A stretch of DNA of 64,000 bases from Kofleriaceae bacterium (GTDB taxonomy: Bacteria > Myxococcota_A > Polyangia > Haliangiales > Haliangiaceae): positions 160,001 to 224,000 of the forward strand of contig CBDCCZ010000054.1 of NCBI GenBank assembly GCA_965215005.1. Direction: 5' to 3'. This document shows, one piece after another, positions 10,252-17,923 of the stretch (its first letter is position 1; the number at the start of each line of letters is the position of its first letter). The notes below the pieces were generated by a model. It did not search any database, had not been told where the DNA came from, and was given only the letters and a program-made list of their open reading frames with translations. Position numbers and translations under genes: made by a program.

Positions 10252-11340
10252 TCAACCCTTGGGGATACCAAGCGCAACGGCGGCCGCGTCCATCACGGTG
10301 CGGCGCAGCTCGCGGATGCCCTCGCGCTCGCGGCGCGGGTGCACGCGGTTGCTGAGGAGCACGACGTAGCGGCCGCCGCGAGGGTCGAGCCAAATGGAAC
10401 AACCGGTGAAGCCGAGATGGCCGACGCCCTCGCGCGGCCACAGATCGCCGGCTAGAGACGGGGCGACTCGCGACGGCGTATCCCAGCCGAGGCGCCAGGT
10501 GGTATCGGGGGCGGCAGCGTGGGTGAAAAAGTGCCGAACGACCGAGGGCGCGAAGATGCCGGTGTGCTCGCCGCTCGCCGCGACCAGCAGGGCACGCGCA
10601 AACGCCGCTAAATCGCCGGCGCTGGAGAACAGGCCTGCATGGCCAAAGACGCCACCGCCGGCGTGAGCATTCTCGTCATGCACCTCGCCGTGCACCAAGC
10701 CGCGACGCGGACAACGCTCTGTAGGCGCGACGGGGTGCACGAACGATTCGGGCGTGGCGTCGAGATTGGCGTAGCGGGTACTGGTCATCGCTAGCGGCTC
10801 GGTAATCCACGACGAAACCAAGGTATCTAGCGGTTGGCCGAGAGCGCGCTCGAGCACCGCGCCCATGAGAATCATGCCTAGGTCGCTATACAGGGCGCGA
10901 GTCCCAGGCTCATAGGCCAATGGCGTGGCGGCGGCCATGCGGATGAGCGCCTCATGACGACTATTGGCGTGCGCGCTTTCGCCGGCCCAGAGCCGGCGAA
11001 ATAGCTCGACATGCGCTGGCAAGCCCGAGGCGTGGCCGACGAGGTGGGCGAGCTGGATGCGTTGTGCGCCGTCTGCGGTGAGCTCGGGCAGCCAACGCGA
11101 CGCGAGCTGATCGAGCTCGAGATGGCCTTCCGCAACCGCGCGCATCAAAACCGCCGCGACGATTGGTTTCGTGATCGATGCGATGTCGTAGATGGTGGCG
11201 ACGGTCACCGGCACCGCAGCGAGATCGGCATCGGCTGTGGTGCCCACTGCGAGTTGCTCCAGCGCGCCATTGATATCGCCATAGTCGAGCACGGCACCTG
11301 GCGTGACGCCCCGAGCCGCCTCCTGCAGCAGGGTTCTCAC
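10252..11340 (-). CDS. Serine hydrolase, beta-lactamase class C-like family
   Basis: IASITK (SxxK), LYSDLG, GEVHDENA, GHAGLFS, GHLGFTG; start approximate. Confidence 0.85.
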   Translation of the reverse strand: MRTLLQEAARGVTPGAVLDYGDINGALEQLAVGTTADADLAAVPVTVATIYDIASITKPIVAAVLMRAVAEGHLELDQLASRWLPELTADGAQRIQLAHLVGHASGLPAHVELFRRLWAGESAHANSRHEALIRMAAATPLAYEPGTRALYSDLGMILMGAVLERALGQPLDTLVSSWITEPLAMTSTRYANLDATPESFVHPVAPTERCPRRGLVHGEVHDENAHAGGGVFGHAGLFSSAGDLAAFARALLVAASGEHTGIFAPSVVRHFFTHAAAPDTTWRLGWDTPSRVAPSLAGDLWPREGVGHLGFTGCSIWLDPRGGRYVVLLSNRVHPRREREGIRELRRTVMDAAAVALGIPKG

Positions 11341-11598
11341 GCCGGCCCCCTCGGTTCGGCGGCTGCGCGGCTCGGGGACGAGCCGGGTCGATGCGGCGCG
11401 TTTTGATGCGTAGGGGATGTATGTGCTGGAGCGCGGTCGGAGGTCAGCGTGGTGTGAAGTGGGTGAGGGTCGAGGCTGTCCGAGGATCGTCCTGGGACGG
11501 CAACGTGGGTGCAGTGCTGCGGCTCTCGGCGCCGCCGAAAAAGTCGACTGCTCGCGCCGAACCGGACGCGTTCCCGGTGTGTTAGGCTGGCTCCGGGC

Positions 11599-13284
11599 AT
11601 GACGCGGTACGAGCTGCTCGAGAGGATCGGCGCCGGGGGGATGGCCGAGATCTTCCGCGGCAAGGCCGTCGCGGCGGGTGGCTTTGAGAAGCCCGTGGCG
11701 ATCAAGCGCATCCTGCCGACGCTGAGCCAGGACAAGCGGTTCGTCGAGCTTCTCATTGCCGAAGCCAATATCCTCTCCCAGCTGCGTCATCGCAACATCG
11801 TGCAGATTTTCGATGTCGGGCTAGGCGACGACGGCCAGTACTTCTTGGTGATGGAGTTCGTCGAGGGCGCGGACGTTAGCCTCTTGCAGCGCACGATTGA
11901 GGCGCGGCGAAAGCGACTGCCGGCGGATCTGGCGCTGCATGTCGGTGCGGAAGTGTGTGATGCCCTCGACTATGCGCATCGAGCCCGCGCTTCCGATGGC
12001 AAAGCGCTGCGCCTGGTTCATCGCGACGTCTCGCCCAGCAACATCCTTCTGTCTAAGAGCGGCGAGGTGAAGCTTTCAGACTTCGGCATCGCCAAGCGAC
12101 CGGAGGAAAGCACCGGCCACGGTGGCGTTCGCGGCAAGTACGCCTACATCGCGCCGGAGCAGGCTTCCAATCTTCACGTCGACGCTCGCAGCGACGTGTA
12201 CGCGCTGGGTATCGTGTTGTTCGAGTTGGTCACCGGGCGGCGCTTGTTCTCCCATCTGCCCGACTTCGACGCGTTGCGTGCGGTTCGCGAAGGGCACGTG
12301 CCTCGGCCGCGTGAGATCGATAGCAGCATCGCCGCGGAGCTCGAGCGCATCCTTCTGAAGGCGCTCGCGCGCGAGCCCGAGGATCGCTACGCGAGCGCCG
12401 GTGAGCTCGGCGCCGAGTTGCGCGCCTTTCGCTACGCACTCCCCGAGACCGGCGGTGATCCCGCCAGTGAAATTGCCCGCATCGTGCGAGCGATTGGCGG
12501 TCGCGAGGAAAAGAAGCCGGCGCGAGCGCCACGCGGCAAGCGCGCCCGGTTCGACTTATCGGAGCAAGAGCCGACGGTGGTGCGAATTCAGACCGCGGCT
12601 GGATTCTCGACTGGCATGGAGGCGCGAGTACTGGCGAGCCCGCACGCTCGCGGCGACTTCGACGACGAGGAGACGCGGGCGATGTCGCGGCCGCCTCTCG
12701 AGCCCAGCGCTGACCTCGAGGCGCTGCTCGGCGTTCAGCCGGTCGAGCATGTCGACGTCGAGCTGAGCGAGGCAGAAACGCGGCTCTTCGACACCAGCGA
12801 TGTCGACGAGGAAGGCCCTGCAACGGTCGAAACTCCCACCCATGAGATCCAGGCAATGCACGAGGTGCAGATCGCCGCGGCGCTCGACCGTGCGGCAACA
12901 CCGACAGTGCGCGACTTTTTTCACCGCGGCGGCATGCTCGACCGCGATACTCCGCTCGGCCAGGGGCCGCCGAGCACCGGCGCCATCGTTCTGCCGGCGC
13001 CTGCGCGGCCGGTCGTGCGACGCCGCGGGCGCGTGTTGCTGCTGTCGCTTGCGGCGGTGGCCGTGGCCGCGGGCTCCTTCGTCCTCGCAGGCACCCTTTT
13101 GGCCAACGGCGACGACGCCCTTCCCGCCGCGTCTCTCGTCGACGCAGGGGTTGTTGACGCCGCTTCCCGAACGCTCGAGATGCCGCCCGACGACTTGCAG
13201 GTTGACGCCGCGCCCGCCAAACAAACGCCGCAGAAGCGCTCGAAAGGCTCCAAGGGTCGCAAGCGGCGCCCGCCGGCGCGCTGA
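11599..13284 (+). CDS. Membrane Ser/Thr protein kinase
   Basis: IGAGGMAE, VAIK, HRDVSPSN, DFG, APE; C-terminal TM helix. Confidence 0.92.
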   Translation: MTRYELLERIGAGGMAEIFRGKAVAAGGFEKPVAIKRILPTLSQDKRFVELLIAEANILSQLRHRNIVQIFDVGLGDDGQYFLVMEFVEGADVSLLQRTIEARRKRLPADLALHVGAEVCDALDYAHRARASDGKALRLVHRDVSPSNILLSKSGEVKLSDFGIAKRPEESTGHGGVRGKYAYIAPEQASNLHVDARSDVYALGIVLFELVTGRRLFSHLPDFDALRAVREGHVPRPREIDSSIAAELERILLKALAREPEDRYASAGELGAELRAFRYALPETGGDPASEIARIVRAIGGREEKKPARAPRGKRARFDLSEQEPTVVRIQTAAGFSTGMEARVLASPHARGDFDDEETRAMSRPPLEPSADLEALLGVQPVEHVDVELSEAETRLFDTSDVDEEGPATVETPTHEIQAMHEVQIAAALDRAATPTVRDFFHRGGMLDRDTPLGQGPPSTGAIVLPAPARPVVRRRGRVLLLSLAAVAVAAGSFVLAGTLLANGDDALPAASLVDAGVVDAASRTLEMPPDDLQVDAAPAKQTPQKRSKGSKGRKRRPPAR

Positions 13285-13374
13285 GCCTGTTACTCCTGGT
13301 GCCGGAATTGCCACGTGAGCAGTGGACACCCAGCCGCGGAGCGAGCGCTCTCCGATGGTCATCAGGTCCTTTCG

Positions 13375-13932
13375 TCAGCTCGTCGCCAGCGTCGTATCTC
13401 CGGTCACGGCGAGGTACGGAGCAAGCTTCTTGACGGTCTTATAACCAAAGCCCTTCACCCGACGCAGATCGAGGATTCTCGTGAAGCGGCCTCGACGTCG
13501 ACGAAACTCGAGGATGCGCTCGGCCTTGGCCGGTCCGATACCCGGCAGCAAGATGAGCTGCTCGGCGGTGGCGGTGTTGAGGTTCACCTTGCCCGTGAGT
13601 GTCTTTGTCCCGCTCTTGATAGCCCCGCTCGTCGCGGCATCCCTGGCGGAAGCGCTCTCGCGCGCATCGCTCGCAGTCTGCCCGGCGTCGGACCGATCAT
13701 CTCGCACCGATGCAGACGATCGCTCCCCCGGACCAGCTTCGTCGCGTGCTGGCAGCCGCTGCGCTCGCATCGGTGGAGCCACGACTCCAGCCGTGCTATT
13801 GGCGCGGGCCTCGCGACTTGCCGACCAGGTGGCCGTGCCGATGCAGGTCGCTGCGCATAGCGCCAGCGTTGCGAGCAAGCGCCGCACGCGATGCTGCTTG
13901 GGCGGCGCTTGCAGTTCCATTTGTGATTCCAT
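13375..13932 (-). CDS. comEA: ComEA family DNA-binding protein (HhH)
   Basis: Signal-like N-terminus; KVNLNTATAEQLILLPGIGPAKAERILEFR...RVKGFG; GGAG 6 nt before ATG 13932. Confidence 0.85.
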   Translation of the reverse strand: MESQMELQAPPKQHRVRRLLATLALCAATCIGTATWSASREARANSTAGVVAPPMRAQRLPARDEAGPGERSSASVRDDRSDAGQTASDARESASARDAATSGAIKSGTKTLTGKVNLNTATAEQLILLPGIGPAKAERILEFRRRRGRFTRILDLRRVKGFGYKTVKKLAPYLAVTGDTTLATS

Positions 13933-14073
13933 CCGTTGCTCCATTCGCTCTGCTCGAAGGCCCCTGCAACCACAGACTCCGTGCAGGTCTCCCAACGGAG
14001 TTTGCCGGCAGGGATGCAGGGGCGGAACTCAACCGTCGATGGCCTCCGCAGGTACAGCGAACGCCAAATCTCG

Positions 14074-14114
14074 CGATCTCGCCCGCTCACGCCATCCGCG
14101 GGCGGACGAGATCG
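14074..14114 (-). terminator. Long hairpin downstream of the SSB-tail gene
   Basis: Minus strand CGATCTCGTCCGCCCGC-ggatggc-GTGAGCGGGCGAGATCG, about 17-bp stem with G-U pairs and one mismatch. Confidence 0.5.
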
Positions 14115-14138
14115 GCCGATTCCTCTGCTACGAAGTTG

Positions 14139-14414
14139 CTAGAACGGCAGCTCATCGTGGCCTTGGCTCGAGCCATTGGCCGCGCTCAGCTCGGGTGGAG
14201 CTGGGGTGATGGCTGCGTCACCGTTGCCGCGCGCGAGATCGCGTTCGTCGAGTCCTCGTAGCTGCAGCTTGCCGTTCTGGGGATACGCGTCGAGATAGAT
14301 GTTGATGCTGTCGTCGCGATTGCGAAACGCGGTGCCCAAACGCATCCAGAAGGTTTTGCCGTTCTTGCCCTCGATGGGACAGAGCACTTTCATCATGGTC
14401 GTGTTTGCTTGCAT
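14139..14414 (-). CDS. Small beta-rich protein with SSB-like C-terminal tip (putative ssDNA-binding protein)
   Basis: [34 protein letters not shown] core, low-complexity linker, ends HDELPF. Confidence 0.75.
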   Translation of the reverse strand: MQANTTMMKVLCPIEGKNGKTFWMRLGTAFRNRDDSINIYLDAYPQNGKLQLRGLDERDLARGNGDAAITPAPPELSAANGSSQGHDELPF

Positions 14415-14427
14415 GGGATGGGTCCAT

Positions 14428-14443
14428 CGCAAGCGCGGTGCCA
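14428..14443 (-). promoter_or_regulatory. sigma54 -24/-12 promoter
   Basis: TGGCACCGCGCTTGCG (GG-N10-GC); predicted +1 near 14417, ATG at 14414. Confidence 0.8.
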
Positions 14444-14472
14444 CGCGTAACCAGTCGTAATCTCGTGTCGGC

Positions 14473-14528
14473 TGTCCAGCGGCTCGGACACCTGGCCGAC
14501 AACCGGACGGAGCGTCCGGAGTGCGGCC
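14473..14528. promoter_or_regulatory. Three GTCC-N7/8-GGAC-type boxes (candidate regulator sites)
   Basis: TGTCC-agcggctc-GGACA (14473-14490), GGCC-N7-GGAC (14494), GTCC-N7-GGCC (14514); 20-bp period. Confidence 0.6.
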
Positions 14529-14576
14529 CACGAACGCCCCCGCTGCCAAGGGCGCTCGTTTCGCGCAAGCGAGTAC

Positions 14577-15935
14577 CTAGCGGCGGTCGACCACCCGAGC
14601 AGAGGCGATCGATGCGCGTGCGATGAGCAAAACGGCTGCTAACGGCAAAGCCAGATTTCCGACCAACTGAGCGAGCTCAGCAACGGATTGGCGCAGGAAG
14701 TGCGTGGATAGCTCGAGATCACCCGCCACACGCTCCGTCTCCAGCACACCTGCCATGATCCCGATCAATCCGTAGAGCAGCGTCGCTAGCGTTCTTCGCG
14801 AGCTCAGGCGCACCAACTCGATGCCTGCCCAGACGCCAAAGACCGCGGCCGTCGTGCCGAGCCAAAGCGCACCTTGCGTGACGCTATCGGCGCTGCTGCC
14901 GCGGCTGGTGGCCTCGGCTAAGCCCCAGACGTAATGGCCAAATAGGCTCGCGACCGCGTTACTACCGTTGAACGCGAGCAGAACCCAGCCGAGGGCCGTG
15001 AATCCCGAGTCGGGCGCTCGCTCGCGACGGACCATTGTGCCACCACCCTCGAGCTCGAGATGCGCCAGGCTACGCGCGCGGATGAACTGCGAGACGGCGT
15101 GCGGCCATAGGCCCAAGAACACCACTACGAGAACCGGGGAGAACAGCGTGAAAGCAGGATGTGCACCGATGATCAGGAAGATCACTGCAACGCCGACGGC
15201 GGCGAGGATCGACGTCATGAGCCCAAACTTGCCGTAGCGGAACGCCTGATCTTCGAAGCGCTCCGGTGAGGCACCGCGCACACCCAAGAGCGCGGCTTGG
15301 ATGTGCAAGTAGCAGCGGGCGGCCAGCATCAGAATGATGAGACCGCTGATGACTGCCGGACCTCCGACGTCCGCAGCAAGCAACATCGTCACGAGCCCGC
15401 TCAACAGGGTGACTCCCATGGCGGCGGCGACGACCATCAGCACGGCAAGCTGTTCGTAAGCCGAGTCGCATCCTTCGGGGAGGGTGGGATCAGCGCTGCG
15501 GAGCACGTTCATCGGCAGGGCTAGCCACGCCAGCGTGGCCGGCCAGACGCACAGATACAGCGTTATGATGATAAGAAAGAGGACCGGCATGCCGGCGACG
15601 ACTAAAAGTGCTGCCGTGACGGCTGCTTGCAAGAGGGCAAATCGCACGTAGCGGCGTACCGGGACGAAAGGTCCGCCGAGCTGGCCATAGATCAACGAGC
15701 GCCCCGCTCGACGATGCAGCTCGGAACGGGTCATAGCCAGCGCCAGTAAGATGAAGCCCGAGACGCCTTCTGCGGGCCTATTGAGTAACGACAAGACCAC
15801 CGGCATCACGAAGATGAAGGCGGCAAACAGGGTGATGATGCCGCCTAGGTACATCAAAAACCCAACCGTGGTGAGGCCGCGGTCGGCCGGCTGCTGCAAC
15901 GGCGGCGTTCGCAGCAGCGTGCTCAGGCCTCTCAT
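14577..15935 (-). CDS. Polytopic membrane protein of unknown function
   Basis: About 11-12 hydrophobic segments; start approximate. Confidence 0.7.
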   Translation of the reverse strand: MRGLSTLLRTPPLQQPADRGLTTVGFLMYLGGIITLFAAFIFVMPVVLSLLNRPAEGVSGFILLALAMTRSELHRRAGRSLIYGQLGGPFVPVRRYVRFALLQAAVTAALLVVAGMPVLFLIIITLYLCVWPATLAWLALPMNVLRSADPTLPEGCDSAYEQLAVLMVVAAAMGVTLLSGLVTMLLAADVGGPAVISGLIILMLAARCYLHIQAALLGVRGASPERFEDQAFRYGKFGLMTSILAAVGVAVIFLIIGAHPAFTLFSPVLVVVFLGLWPHAVSQFIRARSLAHLELEGGGTMVRRERAPDSGFTALGWVLLAFNGSNAVASLFGHYVWGLAEATSRGSSADSVTQGALWLGTTAAVFGVWAGIELVRLSSRRTLATLLYGLIGIMAGVLETERVAGDLELSTHFLRQSVAELAQLVGNLALPLAAVLLIARASIASARVVDRR

Positions 15936-16307
15936 GGCAGCTCCTGCTCGAGAGCGCGCTGCGACGATTGGCCAGTAAATACGCCGCTGCGTGACTTGTG
16001 AGCCGATTGCCGGCTGCCCCAAGGCAGGGCGCAATGGACCGCGAGCCGCTGCTCGAGCCTGCCTTTCGATGGTTCCTCAAGCGATTGCTGCGCTTCTAGC
16101 GACTCGCGACTCAGGCCGCGGTCCGCTGGGCGGCGTGAGCTATGTTTGTGCGACATCGGCCGACGCTAACGCAGCGCACGCGCTCCATTGGACGTCAAAA
16201 AGCAGTCGATGGCGGCAAAGTCCGGCAAGTTCTGCCCGGCGAGACGTCGCCCTCAGCCCCCGCACGGGGTGCGCCTTCACCGCATGGTCGGCATTCGCGC
16301 TGGAGCA

Positions 16308-17792
16308 CTATCGACCGCGGAAATAGCGCGCGCTTTGCGCGGCCGCCAGCTCGAGCATCGCGCGGCCATCTTTCTCACTCACCGACGTTGCAAACGCCAC
16401 GCGGCTGCCACTGCGGCGCAGCCGTAGCCCTGTTACTGCGGCATGGGCGCTGGCGCGCTCGAGCAGATACTTGCCGAGTCGCGACTCCGCAAAGCTGGTT
16501 CGCAGCCGCTCCAGGCTCTCGGTGAGCGCCTTGGCCTGCTCCTCGGTGGCGAACGCGGCGTTGCCGCGCACGAGGAAGCCACCCGCCGTGAGCTCGAGCG
16601 TCCCCGTGATGCGCTCGGGGCCAGGAATCGAGCCGAACCCAGGCACCCGGTACTCGTCGGCCAAGTGACCAATCGTGACCATCAGCGCTGGTCCGTCGAC
16701 CTCGCCAGACTCGCTCTCCAGCGCGGGAAGCCCGGCGAGCCAACGGGGCAACGCCACCGTGGCCTTTGCCCCAGAAAGCTCCCCAGACGCTGGTTCGAGG
16801 AGCGAGCCCAGGTGGCGTGGAGCTGCCATCACCATCCAGCCCGGCTGCGGCATCAGGAACACGCGTTCATCACCTGCTCCGATGAGAGCGGAGCGGCCCC
16901 GCCGGCCCAGCGCGCCGCCTTTGGCAACCGACCAAGCGACCGGCGCTGCAGGATGATTGAGCAGCGCGCGCAGCTCATCGTCCCTACCCGAGCGGGCATG
17001 AGCCGCCAACGTGGTTTCGGCGATGACGCGAGGATCAGGTGTAGACACCACCAACGTGTCGAACAGCGACGCCAGGTCGACCTTGCGACCGCCCACCAGG
17101 TTGCGGTAGTCGGGCAGCGGCGCGAGCACGTCATTAGCGAGTGCCGCCCACTTGGTGTCACGGATGCGATCGAACCGTATGAGCACCGTGACCACGTCGC
17201 CAGCGGGCATGTAGCTCAGGAGATTGGCTCCAGTGCCAGGGAACGGATCACCGCCGGGCGATGCCGACGCGGCAACCTCGCCACCCGAAGCCGCTGGTGG
17301 TGCGATTGGCGGAGCGTTCGGAAGAGCTCCAACCGCCACGGCGCCAAGGTCACCGTCGACCACGATATCGAGCGCTTGATCGGCCAGAGCCCCTTCGTCG
17401 GGCTGGGGTTGCTCTTCGGCGATCACAGGCTCCTCGATGGCTGGCACCCCGGCGTCGGTTCGCTGCCAAGCGTCGGCGACCTCGCGAACGCCTGCGTCGG
17501 TGGGAACCGCTATCCCGGCGGTGGGCTCGGCCGGTGTTGGTGCTGCCGGCGCTGGCTCAGGTGCTGCTACGGGCGCGGGCGCCGCCGCTTCGAGCGCTTC
17601 GGGCTCGGGAACCGCCGGCGCCACGTCGGTATCGAAGTCGACGACCAGCGGTTCTTCGACGGGCGCGTTGGGCTGCGGAGCTGTCGCTCGCATCACCGTG
17701 GCGATACCTACGTGCAGGAGCAGCGAGGTCATCAGCGCAGCCGCGAGAATTTGAGTGTGATGGATCCGCAAAGCGAGCTCACGAAGTAACAA
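16308..17792 (-). CDS. Membrane-anchored protein with Pro/Ala/Glu-rich linker, unknown function
   Basis: N-terminal SLLLH TM anchor, long PA-rich linker, globular C-terminal half. Confidence 0.7.
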   Translation of the reverse strand: MLLRELALRIHHTQILAAALMTSLLLHVGIATVMRATAPQPNAPVEEPLVVDFDTDVAPAVPEPEALEAAAPAPVAAPEPAPAAPTPAEPTAGIAVPTDAGVREVADAWQRTDAGVPAIEEPVIAEEQPQPDEGALADQALDIVVDGDLGAVAVGALPNAPPIAPPAASGGEVAASASPGGDPFPGTGANLLSYMPAGDVVTVLIRFDRIRDTKWAALANDVLAPLPDYRNLVGGRKVDLASLFDTLVVSTPDPRVIAETTLAAHARSGRDDELRALLNHPAAPVAWSVAKGGALGRRGRSALIGAGDERVFLMPQPGWMVMAAPRHLGSLLEPASGELSGAKATVALPRWLAGLPALESESGEVDGPALMVTIGHLADEYRVPGFGSIPGPERITGTLELTAGGFLVRGNAAFATEEQAKALTESLERLRTSFAESRLGKYLLERASAHAAVTGLRLRRSGSRVAFATSVSEKDGRAMLELAAAQSARYFRGR

Positions 17793-17923
17793 CGGTGACT
17801 GAAGGCCGATGGTGCCCTAGAGGTGGCCGCTCCTGCTAGGCGGCGCAGGGTAAGCAAATGTATGGCTTAACTGCGGCTCTCGCGTCGGCGACAGGCGATG
17901 GCCGAGCTTGCTACGCTCCACTC

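Noticed and set aside
13965..13981. sigma54 promoter for comEA
   Set aside because: GG and GC are 11 nt apart rather than the required 10
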